DNA from: Parcubacteria group bacterium
GTDB taxonomy: Bacteria; Patescibacteriota; Minisyncoccia; 2-02-FULL-40-12
Assembly (NCBI GenBank): GCA_016186395.1
Contig: JACPLU010000006.1
Span: 7,948-71,947, forward strand
Reading direction: 5' to 3'
Length of the DNA: 64,000 bases
In this document: one piece after another, positions 40,163 to 50,504 of the stretch
Position numbering within the stretch: the stretch's first letter is position 1
Layout: every line of letters begins with the position of its first letter
Position numbers and translations under genes: made by a program
Notes under the pieces: generated by a model
Databases searched by the model: none
What the model was told of the DNA's origin: nothing
The model's input: only the letters and a program-made list of their open reading frames with translations

Positions 40163-40633
40163 CTAATACAAAAACATAGAATTTTGTTCTAATCTTACTT
40201 CTATTAAATCTCCAGGGTTAAGCATGTGTTTGTCTAGGAGCCCACCAGAAATTACCTCCCCATTAACATACACCCTCCATGAACGTCCGTGATTATCTAA
40301 AACATTATTCAATTTAACAATGGTGATTTTACCACTTTCGTCTGTAAAACCAAACTGGATTTTATTAATAGTCGTAGCTTCAATAATGGCCCCCAAGACT
40401 GAAACCGGTTGTTCAAGCTCTCGTTGGAACTCTCTAGTATGGTCACCAAAATTGAAAACCAAAGAAACATTGCTATTTCTATTACCAAATATGGGAGAAT
40501 AAGGCACTTTAAAATACACCAAAAATAAAAATATAAATATGGCTAAAATTAAATACCAGACCAATTTAGAATTGTCGGATTTGATATTTTTTTTCTGAGC
40601 TGTAAATTCTGCAATTACTTGATCTAGTTCCAT
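40163..40633 (-). CDS. DUF4430-like membrane-anchored protein
   Basis: TM segment then WRVYVNG...LNPGDLIE. Confidence 0.65.
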   Translation of the reverse strand: MELDQVIAEFTAQKKNIKSDNSKLVWYLILAIFIFLFLVYFKVPYSPIFGNRNSNVSLVFNFGDHTREFQRELEQPVSVLGAIIEATTINKIQFGFTDESGKITIVKLNNVLDNHGRSWRVYVNGEVISGGLLDKHMLNPGDLIEVRLEQNSMFLY

Positions 40634-40650
40634 GGATTTAAAAATTTAAG

Positions 40651-41427
40651 TTAAAATTGCGACAATAAACTGATTGGAAAAATTAAAAGGAAAATAGAGG
40701 CAATAACAATAAACGTACCTAGTGGCAGTGGTGTTTTGCGATCGGCTTTCCTAAAAATAAGCAACAATATTCCCACCAAAGCCCCAAGAAAAAAAGTTAA
40801 ATAAAATACGTTAATAATTCTGGGAAAACCGAACAAAAAACCAATCCAGATTGCTAACTTTACATCGCCAAACCCAATCCATTGTCCAGAAGAAATAAAG
40901 AAAATCATTCCTAAAATACCCGCAAAAAACAACACCCCCCAAAAAGAACTCAACCAACTACAACTTAAATTTGAACAAATTATGTCTAAACTAACTCCAA
41001 ACTTAGTTAAAAATATGGCTATTAATGAAACCACAAAACCACTTATAATTATTTTGTCTAGGATTAAAAAATTAAATAAATCGACAAATGCTACCACAAT
41101 CAACAAACTTATCAGTATCCAGCTGTAAAAAATACTTAGAGTACCCAGATTACCAATAAAAATTGCTGACAAAAGAAAAAGGCATGCAGTGATAATCTCT
41201 ATTATCGAATAGCTTTTTGAAAATCCCTTTTTACAGTACCGGCACTTAGCCCTAAGCCATATAAAACTAAATACCGGTATTAAATCTTTCCAAGATAAAC
41301 TATGGTTACAATTCTCACACCTTGATCTACTCCATACCGTATCTTTATTCCTAGGTAATCTATAAATCAAACAACCCAAATAACTACCCACCACAAGTCC
41401 AACCAATACGCTAACTATTAAAATCAT
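40651..41427 (-). CDS. pilD: Prepilin peptidase
   Basis: GSYL..LIYRLP, SRCENC, LIPVFS..LRAKCRYC and GFGDVKL motifs. Confidence 0.93.
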   Translation of the reverse strand: MILIVSVLVGLVVGSYLGCLIYRLPRNKDTVWSRSRCENCNHSLSWKDLIPVFSFIWLRAKCRYCKKGFSKSYSIIEIITACLFLLSAIFIGNLGTLSIFYSWILISLLIVVAFVDLFNFLILDKIIISGFVVSLIAIFLTKFGVSLDIICSNLSCSWLSSFWGVLFFAGILGMIFFISSGQWIGFGDVKLAIWIGFLFGFPRIINVFYLTFFLGALVGILLLIFRKADRKTPLPLGTFIVIASIFLLIFPISLLSQF

Positions 41428-41436
41428 CTAACTAGT

Positions 41437-42006
41437 TTATAGTGCTCCTACGTCGTATATACAGTCCTTGTCAAACGCTGTTGTGGCACAAACCTCTGAA
41501 GCGGCGGCGGAACCATCCACTTCAGCGCCACTGCCAGCCCAACCAGTTGAGTTAATATCAAAATCAGTATTTACTGCTTGAGCATTTTTAAGTTCCAATT
41601 CAGCCCATAAGTGAAATTGGGTTGGATTAGCAAGCGGAGCCCATTCATAACCATAACAACCAGCAGAACCACCATATACAGTACATCCGCTAGTTAAAGG
41701 ATCTTGAGGTAATCTAACTAAATATTTTGACACCAAAACGGTGGTAAGATCTGTAGTAACAGGATAACCTCCATTATCATCAAAATATTGCTCAACAGCA
41801 CCACGCACCTGGTTAATGTCAGCAATACGCTTAGCGTCTCTTGCCTTCCTACGAGCAGTGCCTAACTGAACAAGAAGTAAGGTCGCTAATGTCCCAATAA
41901 TGGCGATAACAACAAGCAATTCGACCAGAGTAAATCCCCTTCTGCCGTCGGCTCTCACTGCCGGCGAACGGAATAAATCTAAAATACGCATAAAAATGTG
42001 ACACAA
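41437..42006 (-). CDS. Major pilin / GspG-like prepilin
   Basis: RG|[14 protein letters not shown]...[13 protein letters not shown]. Confidence 0.9.
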   Translation of the reverse strand: MCHIFMRILDLFRSPAVRADGRRGFTLVELLVVIAIIGTLATLLLVQLGTARRKARDAKRIADINQVRGAVEQYFDDNGGYPVTTDLTTVLVSKYLVRLPQDPLTSGCTVYGGSAGCYGYEWAPLANPTQFHLWAELELKNAQAVNTDFDINSTGWAGSGAEVDGSAAASEVCATTAFDKDCIYDVGAL

Positions 42007-42084
42007 TAATTAACTTTTACAACTCACGAAGTTCGTCATAAAAACTAACTATTTATGGCTAATTAAAGTTTATTAAATTTAAGA

Positions 42085-43287
42085 CTATCCAGCTCCTACT
42101 AAATTATAAATCGGCAACAAAATACTTGCAACTAAGATAGCCACACCTATTCCTATTAACAAAACTAGTATTGGTTCTAGTAAAGTCGATAAACTCTGGA
42201 GGGTTGTCTCTGCTTGAGTTTTATAAAACTTAGCCATATGTTCTAACATGAAATCTATTTTACCTGTTTTTTCACCAATTAAGACCATTTGAGAAACTAA
42301 CGGAGGAATTTCGGAATAATTCACAAAAACCGAGGAAATCGTACCCCCAGTGCTAACTTTTTCTTTTGCCTCCAATATTATCTTTTTATATACCGAATTA
42401 CTCACAACTTCTGAAGAAATTCTTAAAGCCTCGAGAATTGGTACGCCTGCTTTAATAAGGGTTGCTAAAGACTCGGCAAGCCTTGATATAAATATTCCTT
42501 TTGCGACTTCACCAATAATTGGGAATCGCAGTAAGTTCCTGTCAAAAAATTCTATGCCTGAATCGGTTTTAAAATATCTATAAGAAAATACTATTAGCCC
42601 GATAAAACCAATTACAATAAACCACAAAAACCTTTGAATAAAATGAGAAGTAAAAATTAAAACCCTAGTAGTAAACGGCAAGTCGGTTACTCCCGCTTCT
42701 TCTAAAACTCCTAATAATTGTGGGATAACGGTAACCATTAAAAATATGGTTACGCCTATAAGCGCAAACAATATAAATATTGGATAAGAGAGAGCTCCCT
42801 TTGTTTTAGATTTTAATTCCTGTGATCTTTCCAAATGATCTGCCAAGTAAAGCAATACGTCATGCAGTTTCCCGGAGGCTTCGCCGGATCTGACTAAACT
42901 TATATAAAAATCAGAAAATATATCTTGATGGACTGAAAGCGCTTTTGAAAAAGAGGCCCCGGCTTCTACTTCAGCGGCTAGTTGAACAAGCACTTTTTGT
43001 AAAGCCGGATTAGTTGCTTGACGGGCCAAAGTATTTAAACTATCAACAAAAGGAACATCTGCATCAACTAGAGTGGCTAACTGTCTTGTAAATTCTGCCA
43101 AATCTTTCTCTTTAACTCTGTGAAAAAACGTGCCTACATCTTTTGCGAACACCTTGTTAGCTTCCAAACTTAGTATAACTAGTCCTCTTTGATGTAATAC
43201 AGAAACGGCTTCTTCTTCAGAAGAAGCTTCTACCCTGCCTGATAAAATCTTACCATCTATAGATTTGGCTTGATAAGAATATTCCAT
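42085..43287 (-). CDS. pilC: Type IV pilus platform protein PilC/GspF
   Basis: FTRQLATL, GEASGKL, ALSYP, GEKTG and LLEP motifs. Confidence 0.93.
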   Translation of the reverse strand: MEYSYQAKSIDGKILSGRVEASSEEEAVSVLHQRGLVILSLEANKVFAKDVGTFFHRVKEKDLAEFTRQLATLVDADVPFVDSLNTLARQATNPALQKVLVQLAAEVEAGASFSKALSVHQDIFSDFYISLVRSGEASGKLHDVLLYLADHLERSQELKSKTKGALSYPIFILFALIGVTIFLMVTVIPQLLGVLEEAGVTDLPFTTRVLIFTSHFIQRFLWFIVIGFIGLIVFSYRYFKTDSGIEFFDRNLLRFPIIGEVAKGIFISRLAESLATLIKAGVPILEALRISSEVVSNSVYKKIILEAKEKVSTGGTISSVFVNYSEIPPLVSQMVLIGEKTGKIDFMLEHMAKFYKTQAETTLQSLSTLLEPILVLLIGIGVAILVASILLPIYNLVGAG

Positions 43288-43289
43288 CC

Positions 43290-44372
43290 TTACAATAAAT
43301 CCTTTAATCCTCTCGGGTTAACAGAATGAAATTCTGCTTGTTCTATTGTGATTTCTCCTCTTTTTACCAGTTCGGCTAAAGATCGATTTAAAGAAATCAT
43401 TCCTTCTTCATTACTTGTATCAATGACTGTGTTTAGTTGTTGAATACGATTCTCACGTATTAAATTTCTAACAGCGTTGTTTGCAATTAGAATTTCGGCT
43501 GCCGGAATAAGTCCCCCCTTTATTCTTGGGATCAATCGTTGAGAAATTATACCTGAAAGAGTATTTGAAAGCTGGACCCTGACTTGAGACTGTTGAGCCG
43601 GCGGAAAACTGTCAATTATTCTGTCTATCGTTTGAACGGCACTATTAGTATGCAAAGAGGCAAAAACCAAATGACCGGTTTCAGCAGCTGTTACAGCGGC
43701 ACTCATGGTTTCATAATCTCTCATCTCTCCAACCATAATGACATTAACATTTTGTCTGAAAGTCGAACGCAAGGCTTTATGAAAAGACAAAGTATCTAAA
43801 AAGAGTTCTCTCTGATCTATAATTCCGTTTATTGGAGTAAACAGGTATTCAATTGGATCTTCAATGGTAACAACTTTATCCGCCCTCTCACGATTAATTA
43901 TATCTATTAGAGAAGCCATTGTGGTTGATTTCCCGTGACCGTTTGGCCCAACAACTAAAACAAATCCTTGGGATATTTTACTAAATATTTTGATTATTGG
44001 TGGCAAATTTAATTCCTCAATAGTTGGAATTTTATTCGGGATATATCGGAGGGTCGAGCTTATGTAGCCCTTGGTATAATAAACATTAACCCTGAATCTA
44101 AAATCATTATCAAATATATATGAGAAATCTAATTCTTTTTCTCCTAGAAAACGGTTTTTTCTTGCGTCCCCAAGCAATGCAAAAGCTAAACCAGCAGACG
44201 CGTCTGGATCCAAAATGGGATACTGTTCCAGCGGTATTAGCCTTGAATCAACCCTAACCATAGGTTTATTGCCGGGCGATAAATGCAAATCCGATGCTCC
44301 TGCTTGAGCGGTATCATGCATAATTCTTTGAAGCAACTCCTGATAATTCTGACTCATAAATAAGGTGAGCAA
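43290..44372 (-). CDS. pilT: Type IV pilus retraction ATPase
   Basis: ASDLHL, GPNGHGKSTT, TIEDPIE, GEMRD, AAETGH and AVRNLIRE motifs. Confidence 0.95.
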   Translation of the reverse strand: MLTLFMSQNYQELLQRIMHDTAQAGASDLHLSPGNKPMVRVDSRLIPLEQYPILDPDASAGLAFALLGDARKNRFLGEKELDFSYIFDNDFRFRVNVYYTKGYISSTLRYIPNKIPTIEELNLPPIIKIFSKISQGFVLVVGPNGHGKSTTMASLIDIINRERADKVVTIEDPIEYLFTPINGIIDQRELFLDTLSFHKALRSTFRQNVNVIMVGEMRDYETMSAAVTAAETGHLVFASLHTNSAVQTIDRIIDSFPPAQQSQVRVQLSNTLSGIISQRLIPRIKGGLIPAAEILIANNAVRNLIRENRIQQLNTVIDTSNEEGMISLNRSLAELVKRGEITIEQAEFHSVNPRGLKDLL

Positions 44373-44377
44373 TAATT

Positions 44378-44470
44378 CGTGAAACGTGAATCACGATGCT
44401 TTAAAAATGTGCGTGAACCAAGTTTCATGTTTTATGCCTCACGTTTTAAGTTTTATATTCCATATCTTCA
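44378..44470. repeat. Degenerate inverted heptamer array (TGAAAC/GTTTCA family) between pilB and pilT
   Basis: cgtgaaa-cgtgaat ... agtttca-tgtttta-tgcctca-cgtttta-agtttta-tattcca. Confidence 0.7.
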
Positions 44471-46213
44471 AGCATTTCCCAATTCGGCTACTTGGAATAA
44501 TTCTTCCAAAGAAACCATACCTTCCAACACCTTAAGTATACCGTCCAAAAACATAGAAGTCATCCCCTGTCGTTGAGCCTCCTTTCTAATAGCCGTTTCC
44601 GATAAATCGGTTGAAATAATTTGTTCAAGCTGTTGTGTAATTTCCAAAACCTCAAAAATAGCAATCCGTCCTTTGTAAGCTTTACCACCACATTCTTTAC
44701 AACCCTTTTCACTTGCTTTCCATATAGCAAAGCCAGAAGAAGGATATTTTTTCCTGTCCGCTGGGGTTAGCTCTTCCAATGCTTGTTGAATTGTCTTTTC
44801 TTCAGCCACATTTGCCTTGTCTTTTACTCTACAATTTGGGCAAAGCCGTCTTAAAAGTCTTTGGGCAAGCCCTAAGTTCAGAGTTGGAGCAATAAGGTAT
44901 CTTTGCACACCCATATCAACAAATCTTGGAATAATTCCAATAGCGTCGTTAGTATGCAAAGTTGAAAATACCAAATGCCCGGTTAGGGCGGCATGTGTAG
45001 CCAATGAAGCCGTCTCACCATCTCTTATCTCCCCTACCATAATCATATCTGGGTCTTGCCTTAAAATGTGACGCAATCCAGAAGAAAAAGTGTAACCAAT
45101 TTCTTCTTGAACTTGAGATTGGCTTATTCCCTCAATTAAAAATTCAATTGGATCTTCAAGGGTAACGATATTTATTCCCTCTTCGTTAACCATTCTAAGC
45201 ATTGCATACAAAGTAGTAGTCTTACCAGAACCGGTTGGTCCAGTAATTAAAATGCTTCCAAATGGTTTTTTAAGATTCTCTTCAACCAACTTTAAATTTC
45301 TCCCGCTAAGACCCAATTCTGGCAAACTGACCAAACCCACAAGAGGATCTAAAATTCTTAAAACCACCTTTTCCCCGTGACGAGTCGGAAAGGTCGACAC
45401 CCGAAAATCAATCTTTTTATCATCTACATGGGTACTAAAACGCCCATCTTGGGGTAAACGCGTTTCATCTATCTTAAGATCAGATAAAATTTTAATCCTT
45501 GTACTAATTGAGGAGTGCAAAGACTTTGGCAAAATAATTGCCGTTGTCAAAAAACCATCAATTCTGAAACGAATTCTTAGTTTATCTTCTTGAGGTTCAA
45601 TATGAATATCACTTGCCCTACCTTCTACGGCATGCCTTATAATAACCGCCACGGCTTTAGTAATTGGGGCTTCTTCGGTAAGTGTTTCTGGGATGGACTT
45701 AGCTTGAGCCTTAACTTCTCCCTTACCTAATTCTTGCTTTAAAGATTCTAATGCCTCTTTAACCTCTCCTGTTAAAGTTGAATACCCTTTAACAATCGCT
45801 TGATAATTTTTATAACCAAGGAGATATTTTTCAAGCTTCAAACCATTATCTGCAGCGATAAACTTTAATGCCTCCATTGCATCTAAATCTTCGGGGTTTA
45901 ATATGCCCACTTTCAATACACTTTCCACTTTTTCAAGAGGAACTACTTTATAAAAGCGTGCAACGTCTTCTGAAACAAACCTCAAAACGTCCGAAGATAT
46001 TTGTTGAGGATCAAAAGTAACTTTAGGTATTTTATATAACTGACTTTTAACTTCTAAAAGATCTTCGTCCGTTATTAATTCTTTTTCTATCAATAACTGA
46101 CCAAAATCTTTTTCGAATTTTTGAGCCTCCTGAATAATGGCTTCCGAGGTTTTCTCGTCAGTGACTCCTTGCTTAATAAAATAGTTAAGAAGAGTTTGAG
46201 GAATTTTAATCAA
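44468..46213 (-). CDS. pilB: Type IV pilus assembly ATPase PilB/GspE
   Basis: ASDIHIEP, RLPQDGRF, GPTGSGKTTT, LRQDPD and tetracysteine motifs. Confidence 0.95.
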   Translation of the reverse strand: MIKIPQTLLNYFIKQGVTDEKTSEAIIQEAQKFEKDFGQLLIEKELITDEDLLEVKSQLYKIPKVTFDPQQISSDVLRFVSEDVARFYKVVPLEKVESVLKVGILNPEDLDAMEALKFIAADNGLKLEKYLLGYKNYQAIVKGYSTLTGEVKEALESLKQELGKGEVKAQAKSIPETLTEEAPITKAVAVIIRHAVEGRASDIHIEPQEDKLRIRFRIDGFLTTAIILPKSLHSSISTRIKILSDLKIDETRLPQDGRFSTHVDDKKIDFRVSTFPTRHGEKVVLRILDPLVGLVSLPELGLSGRNLKLVEENLKKPFGSILITGPTGSGKTTTLYAMLRMVNEEGINIVTLEDPIEFLIEGISQSQVQEEIGYTFSSGLRHILRQDPDMIMVGEIRDGETASLATHAALTGHLVFSTLHTNDAIGIIPRFVDMGVQRYLIAPTLNLGLAQRLLRRLCPNCRVKDKANVAEEKTIQQALEELTPADRKKYPSSGFAIWKASEKGCKECGGKAYKGRIAIFEVLEITQQLEQIISTDLSETAIRKEAQRQGMTSMFLDGILKVLEGMVSLEELFQVAELGNA

Positions 46214-46248
46214 TTTCGTAAAATGCCGCTATAGCAGGCGTTAATTTT

Positions 46249-46414
46249 TGAATTTGGTGAATAATACTCTTGAACGGGTTTTGAGCCCGTAGCGGGCATG
46301 GTTTACCCCCACCTGATATTAAATCAGATGGGGGTAAGAGCGAAGGGCTCAACCCCTGAGCAAACCACGCTGGGGTTTGCGAAGAAAGAGAAAGAGTGTT
46401 ATTCACCAAATTCA
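46249..46414. mobile_element. 166-bp MITE-like element with 22-bp terminal inverted repeats (21/22 match)
   Basis: tgaatttggtgaataatactct / agagtgttattcaccaaattca, with nested hairpins. Confidence 0.8.
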
Positions 46415-46429
46415 CTTTAGTCATTATGG

Positions 46430-46708
46430 CTAGAAAGGAGCAAACAAATCTACCTTACCGGCACCTCCAGGCTTAACCGGCGATTCACCAAAAATAGTAG
46501 ATTCCTTAAATTCCTTTCTATCAAATAAAGAAAAGTCTAATTTAAGGTCTTTAAATTGAGGAGACACTTCTTTGCCTTCTAACTGTATAACAGGCGGCTG
46601 AATGTCCGGCTTTATAATTTGAGAAAAATATAAATAACCGCCTACAGCTCCCAAAACTATGAGAAGTAGAATTATGGTTAAACTTGGTTGTATTATTCTA
46701 GAATCCAT
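46430..46708 (-). CDS. Small single-TM pilus-cluster protein (PilP position)
   Basis: TM segment, ends GKVDLFAPF; follows pilO. Confidence 0.7.
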   Translation of the reverse strand: MDSRIIQPSLTIILLLIVLGAVGGYLYFSQIIKPDIQPPVIQLEGKEVSPQFKDLKLDFSLFDRKEFKESTIFGESPVKPGGAGKVDLFAPF

Positions 46709-46844
46709 CCCGTAGTAGAAATTCGAATAATGCTTTATGATTTTTAGAATCTGTTAACATTACCCGAACTCTTTTTGTTTTACATCTTTTAAACCCCGTA
46801 GTGATTTAGCATATGTAAATCCTTTCGAATTTTCACTACAGGAT
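46707..46844. mobile_element. Terminal-inverted-repeat element abutting a start codon
   Basis: atcccgtagtagaaattcgaa / ttcgaattttcactacaggat (18/21 match). Confidence 0.7.
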
Positions 46845-46854
46845 CCGTGAAAGT

Positions 46855-47388
46855 TTATTTGTTTAGTGAAACAGGAATATAATAAGCTCTCAACTGAACG
46901 GATATGGCTAAAAGACCAGAACCTGGTGTTTGAGACATTTTAATATTGGTTGCGTTTATTAATCTTGTATTTTTTTCCAACAACCTAAGAAAGTTTCTTG
47001 TTGCCAGATAATTGCCAGACATTTTTAAATCAATCTGGATTTCCTTAAAAACAGTTTCGGCCTGAATTAAAACATCTCCAAAATTTAAATCATTAACCGC
47101 AAGCCCGGCTTGACCACTTATTTCAGTCAAACTAGAAATTAGTTCAGGAACACTCTTTTTATCAGGAATTAATTCGTTTAGTTTTTTAATATCGTTAGTT
47201 TTACTGTTAATTTGGTCTTTCAACGTTTTTATAGAAGCAAAAATCTGCTGCCGATCCTGTAATTCTTTTTCCTGGGCTTTAATAGCCTCATTAACTAATT
47301 TTATTCTTTCGTATTTTGGAAAAAGCAACACAAAAACAAAAAATGCAGAAAGCGCTAATAAAAGTGGCGGTAATAAACGATTATTCAT
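46855..47388 (-). CDS. pilO: Type IV pilus protein PilO
   Basis: TM segment, coiled coil, LIP...PELI and GNY...FLRLLEKNTRLI. Confidence 0.85.
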   Translation of the reverse strand: MNNRLLPPLLLALSAFFVFVLLFPKYERIKLVNEAIKAQEKELQDRQQIFASIKTLKDQINSKTNDIKKLNELIPDKKSVPELISSLTEISGQAGLAVNDLNFGDVLIQAETVFKEIQIDLKMSGNYLATRNFLRLLEKNTRLINATNIKMSQTPGSGLLAISVQLRAYYIPVSLNK

Positions 47389-47533
47389 CCCGTTAGAAGT
47401 TTACCGGTATAATAGTGGCGGCGCCAAGGGCGAATAGCCCTGCCACAATTTCGGCACGGCGCCGCTATCGATAACACAGTAAATATTAATTTAGTTGATT
47501 GCATATTTGATTTGAGTAAACTTCTAACGGGAT
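47387..47533. mobile_element. 147-bp element with perfect 18-bp terminal inverted repeats at the pilO start
   Basis: atcccgttagaagtttac (47387-47404) / gtaaacttctaacgggat (47516-47533); ATGAAT duplicated at both ends. Confidence 0.85.
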
Positions 47534-47543
47534 TCATCTACAA

Positions 47544-48092
47544 CTAACGAGCGAAAAATTTTTGTGGATTAAATATAATTGTCATAAAAAAACTAACTCT
47601 ACCATTGGCCAAAGACTTCACTTGATTTAATTCAATATTCACAATTGAATCATCCGCTAAAAGCCCAGAAACCTGACGGGCAACACTTATAAAACCAGAG
47701 GCTTGGGCCGAAAAATTAATTGAATTTTGTGAAAGCTCTAAGTTCAAATTGTCCAACTGAACATCTCCTTGAATCAGTCTTTCGATCCGTCCGAGACCCA
47801 AAGACCAAAAGGTATGATTTGATATCAAAGCAGTACTGGCGGATATTTGTTTTACAACCTTAAGAATTTCTGTTTCTGTGTTTTTATTTCTTGTCTTTTC
47901 CAAATCCGAAATTTGACCAGAGACAACCCCTAAAGCATTTTCCTTGGTATCTAAATAAAATCCTAAAACAAAATAAAAAACAAAAACTACTACCAGAATA
48001 CCCAAACCTAAAAAGAATTGCCTCCTCTCTTTGGGCCTTATAACTTGAATGCTTTTACGTGTTTCCGGTAGTAATTGAATTCCGTCAGCCAA
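47544..48092 (-). CDS. PilN-like protein
   Basis: IQLLP N-terminal motif, TM segment and coiled coil; between pilM and pilO. Confidence 0.8.
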   Translation of the reverse strand: MADGIQLLPETRKSIQVIRPKERRQFFLGLGILVVVFVFYFVLGFYLDTKENALGVVSGQISDLEKTRNKNTETEILKVVKQISASTALISNHTFWSLGLGRIERLIQGDVQLDNLNLELSQNSINFSAQASGFISVARQVSGLLADDSIVNIELNQVKSLANGRVSFFMTIIFNPQKFFAR

Positions 48093-48206
48093 TGATTTAA
48101 TAGTCTTGTCATTAATTCATGACCAACTTGAGGTCTTGAATTAATGACTACTCCTAATAATTAGTATAGCATTTTTAGAATCCAAACCCTGGAACCATTG
48201 TCCACA

Positions 48207-48308
48207 CCCCCACCTAATTTTGACCATCCTGGTTAACTTCACGTATTAAAATGAAGGTGCCAATTAAAAAAATAAAAATTAATTTTTAACCTGAAAATTA
48301 GATGGGGG
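48207..48308. repeat. Terminal-inverted-repeat element directly after the pilM stop
   Basis: cccccacctaatttt / aaaattagatggggg (14/15 match). Confidence 0.7.
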
Positions 48309-49361
48309 CTATATTTCCCTCATTGCCAAACCGATTGATACAGAAAGAGTTGGAGTTAACTCTTTAATTACTGGACTCAAACCCTGCGGAGCAATAACCC
48401 TGGCAAAAGGATCACCCACACTTACCGGGTAATGAAGTTTTGATTCAAAATATTTATGTATACCCGGCATTGTTCCTAGTCCGCCAGTTAAAATTATTTT
48501 CTCTACTTTTATCTTTTTCTGGTCTTCAAATGTTTCAATCGTTCTCTCCCCCTCAACTATGAGGCGATCAAGTTCTGTATTAATAGCCTTCAAAACAGTA
48601 CCCCCTTCATTTCCCTCTATTCCAATCTTTTTCTTCATACTCTCTGCTCTATCAACACTCACCTTTAAGGACCTGGCCAAAGCCTGAGTTATCTCAAAAC
48701 CGCCAACTTCATAGTTACGACTCAACCTAACCACCCCCTTGTAAGCTACGAAGATAGACGTACTTCTTCCTCCCATATTAACAACACCAATGGAACTTTG
48801 GTCATTACCGATCAAGGCTCTAATTAAAGCCGCATTCTCCAACTCAAGGGCCTTTAGTCTTAAACCCACACGGTTAAAAATAATTCTATATCTCTCTACA
48901 GTATCTTTTGGAACTGCGGCTATAAAAACCTCAACGCTAGGATATTGGACATTTGATGAAGTGCTGTCTTTAACACTTAAAATTGACCAATCAAGATTTA
49001 CCTCCTGTAACGGAAGTGGGATATATTTCTTTGCCTCAAATGGAATTGCTCTGGCAATATCTTTTTCAGAAAGATAAGGCAACTCGATAACAGTAGAAAA
49101 CGTATTAAAAGAAGGGATTGAAGCAACACAATCTTTAGAAGAAAAATTTGATTTTTTGATTAGTTCTTTAAGTGCAGCAGAAATAGCATCGTCCGCAAAA
49201 CCATCTTTCAAACTAACTGGATCTGGAATAGCTATAATACCGTAATTCTTCAACACCCACCGTCCCCCCTCTTTCCCAACTTCGGTTACTTTTATTGCGG
49301 CAGTACCGATATCAACACCCAGCATTGTTTTAGATCTAAATTTAAACCATTGAAAAGCCAT
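48309..49361 (-). CDS. pilM: Type IV pilus assembly protein PilM
   Basis: LGVDIGTAAIK, EAKKYIP, ILTGG and SIGLAMR motifs. Confidence 0.93.
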   Translation of the reverse strand: MAFQWFKFRSKTMLGVDIGTAAIKVTEVGKEGGRWVLKNYGIIAIPDPVSLKDGFADDAISAALKELIKKSNFSSKDCVASIPSFNTFSTVIELPYLSEKDIARAIPFEAKKYIPLPLQEVNLDWSILSVKDSTSSNVQYPSVEVFIAAVPKDTVERYRIIFNRVGLRLKALELENAALIRALIGNDQSSIGVVNMGGRSTSIFVAYKGVVRLSRNYEVGGFEITQALARSLKVSVDRAESMKKKIGIEGNEGGTVLKAINTELDRLIVEGERTIETFEDQKKIKVEKIILTGGLGTMPGIHKYFESKLHYPVSVGDPFARVIAPQGLSPVIKELTPTLSVSIGLAMREI

Positions 49362-49387
49362 GTTACTTTAAAGTATACTCCTAAAAT

Positions 49388-50143
49388 ATGTTGAATAATA
49401 TCAACAGGATTACTGCTTCAATCAACCATACATCCAATTACTTTCTAGAGTTATTATTTCCGCCTATTTGTTTGATCTGTAAAAAAGACACCTCAAACAT
49501 GCCTAAGAATAAATTTATATGTAGCGACTGTTTAAAGGGCTTGAAACCGACTACCAAGTTTATCTGTGCCAACTGTTCAGCAAAAACAATAAATGGAAAA
49601 ACTTGTATTAACTGTAAAAATAACTGCCCACTAGATAGATTTTTCTCATTATATCCCTACGATAACGAAACAGTTAAAGAGATCATTCATGCTTTTAAAT
49701 ACAGATTTATTAAAGATCTGGCACCAACTGTAGACAAGTTCACCAGTACTTATATTTCTAACAACGACATTACTGAAACACTTTCAGCCGTAGACTTTAT
49801 TGAGGCAGTACCCTTAACAAGAGTCCGTTTTAACTGGCGAGGGTACAATCAATCCGAACTAATTGCTCATGGGATCAGTAAAATAATTAACAAACCATTA
49901 ATATATTCTCTTAAAAGAAAAGGGTTGCTGTCAGTCCCCCAAGCCGAAATTAAAGATCATATTCAAAGAACCAAAAATGTAAAAAATCTCTTTACCTGTA
50001 AAAGTCAATTAGAGATAAAAAACAAAACTCTACTTTTAGTAGATGATGTTTATACAAGCGGTGCAACCATGCAAGAATGCGCACGAGTGTTGAAAGACGC
50101 CGGCGCAAAAGAAGTCTGGGGATTTGCGATTGCCAGAGGATAA
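49388..50143 (+). CDS. comF: ComF family competence protein
   Basis: LFP..C..C double zinc ribbon, RGYNQS and LLVDDVYTSGAT. Confidence 0.93.
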   Translation: MLNNINRITASINHTSNYFLELLFPPICLICKKDTSNMPKNKFICSDCLKGLKPTTKFICANCSAKTINGKTCINCKNNCPLDRFFSLYPYDNETVKEIIHAFKYRFIKDLAPTVDKFTSTYISNNDITETLSAVDFIEAVPLTRVRFNWRGYNQSELIAHGISKIINKPLIYSLKRKGLLSVPQAEIKDHIQRTKNVKNLFTCKSQLEIKNKTLLLVDDVYTSGATMQECARVLKDAGAKEVWGFAIARG

Positions 50144-50312
50144 AGCCATAAAACATTAAGCCTGAACCTTAAATCTTATAACTTGGAGAAATATCCGTTC
50201 ACTTAAACTTTAGCATTCTATAAAAAGTTTGGCTTCAAAAAGGAGGGTTTTTGTGTTAAGATTTTCGTGACTCAAGATTCAAGTTCCATGATACAGTAAC
50301 GATGTAAAAACT

Positions 50313-50402
50313 GGAGAGGTGGCCGAGCGGTTTAAGGCGACAGGTTGCTAACCTGTGACTCCGAAAGGAGTCTCGTGGGTTCGAATCCCACCCTCTCCGC
50401 CA
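50313..50402 (+). tRNA. tRNA-Ser(GCT)
   Basis: GGAGAGG/CCTCTCC acceptor stem, TTGCTAA loop, long variable arm, encoded CCA. Confidence 0.96.
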
Positions 50403-50504
50403 GTTGGGAAAATGCAAGTTTGAAGAGGTCAGCTCGCGGCGCGGAACGCGCCGCTTGTATAGAATCTGAAAGGGCTTTTTTGGCGAAAAGGAAAAGGATT
50501 TATC

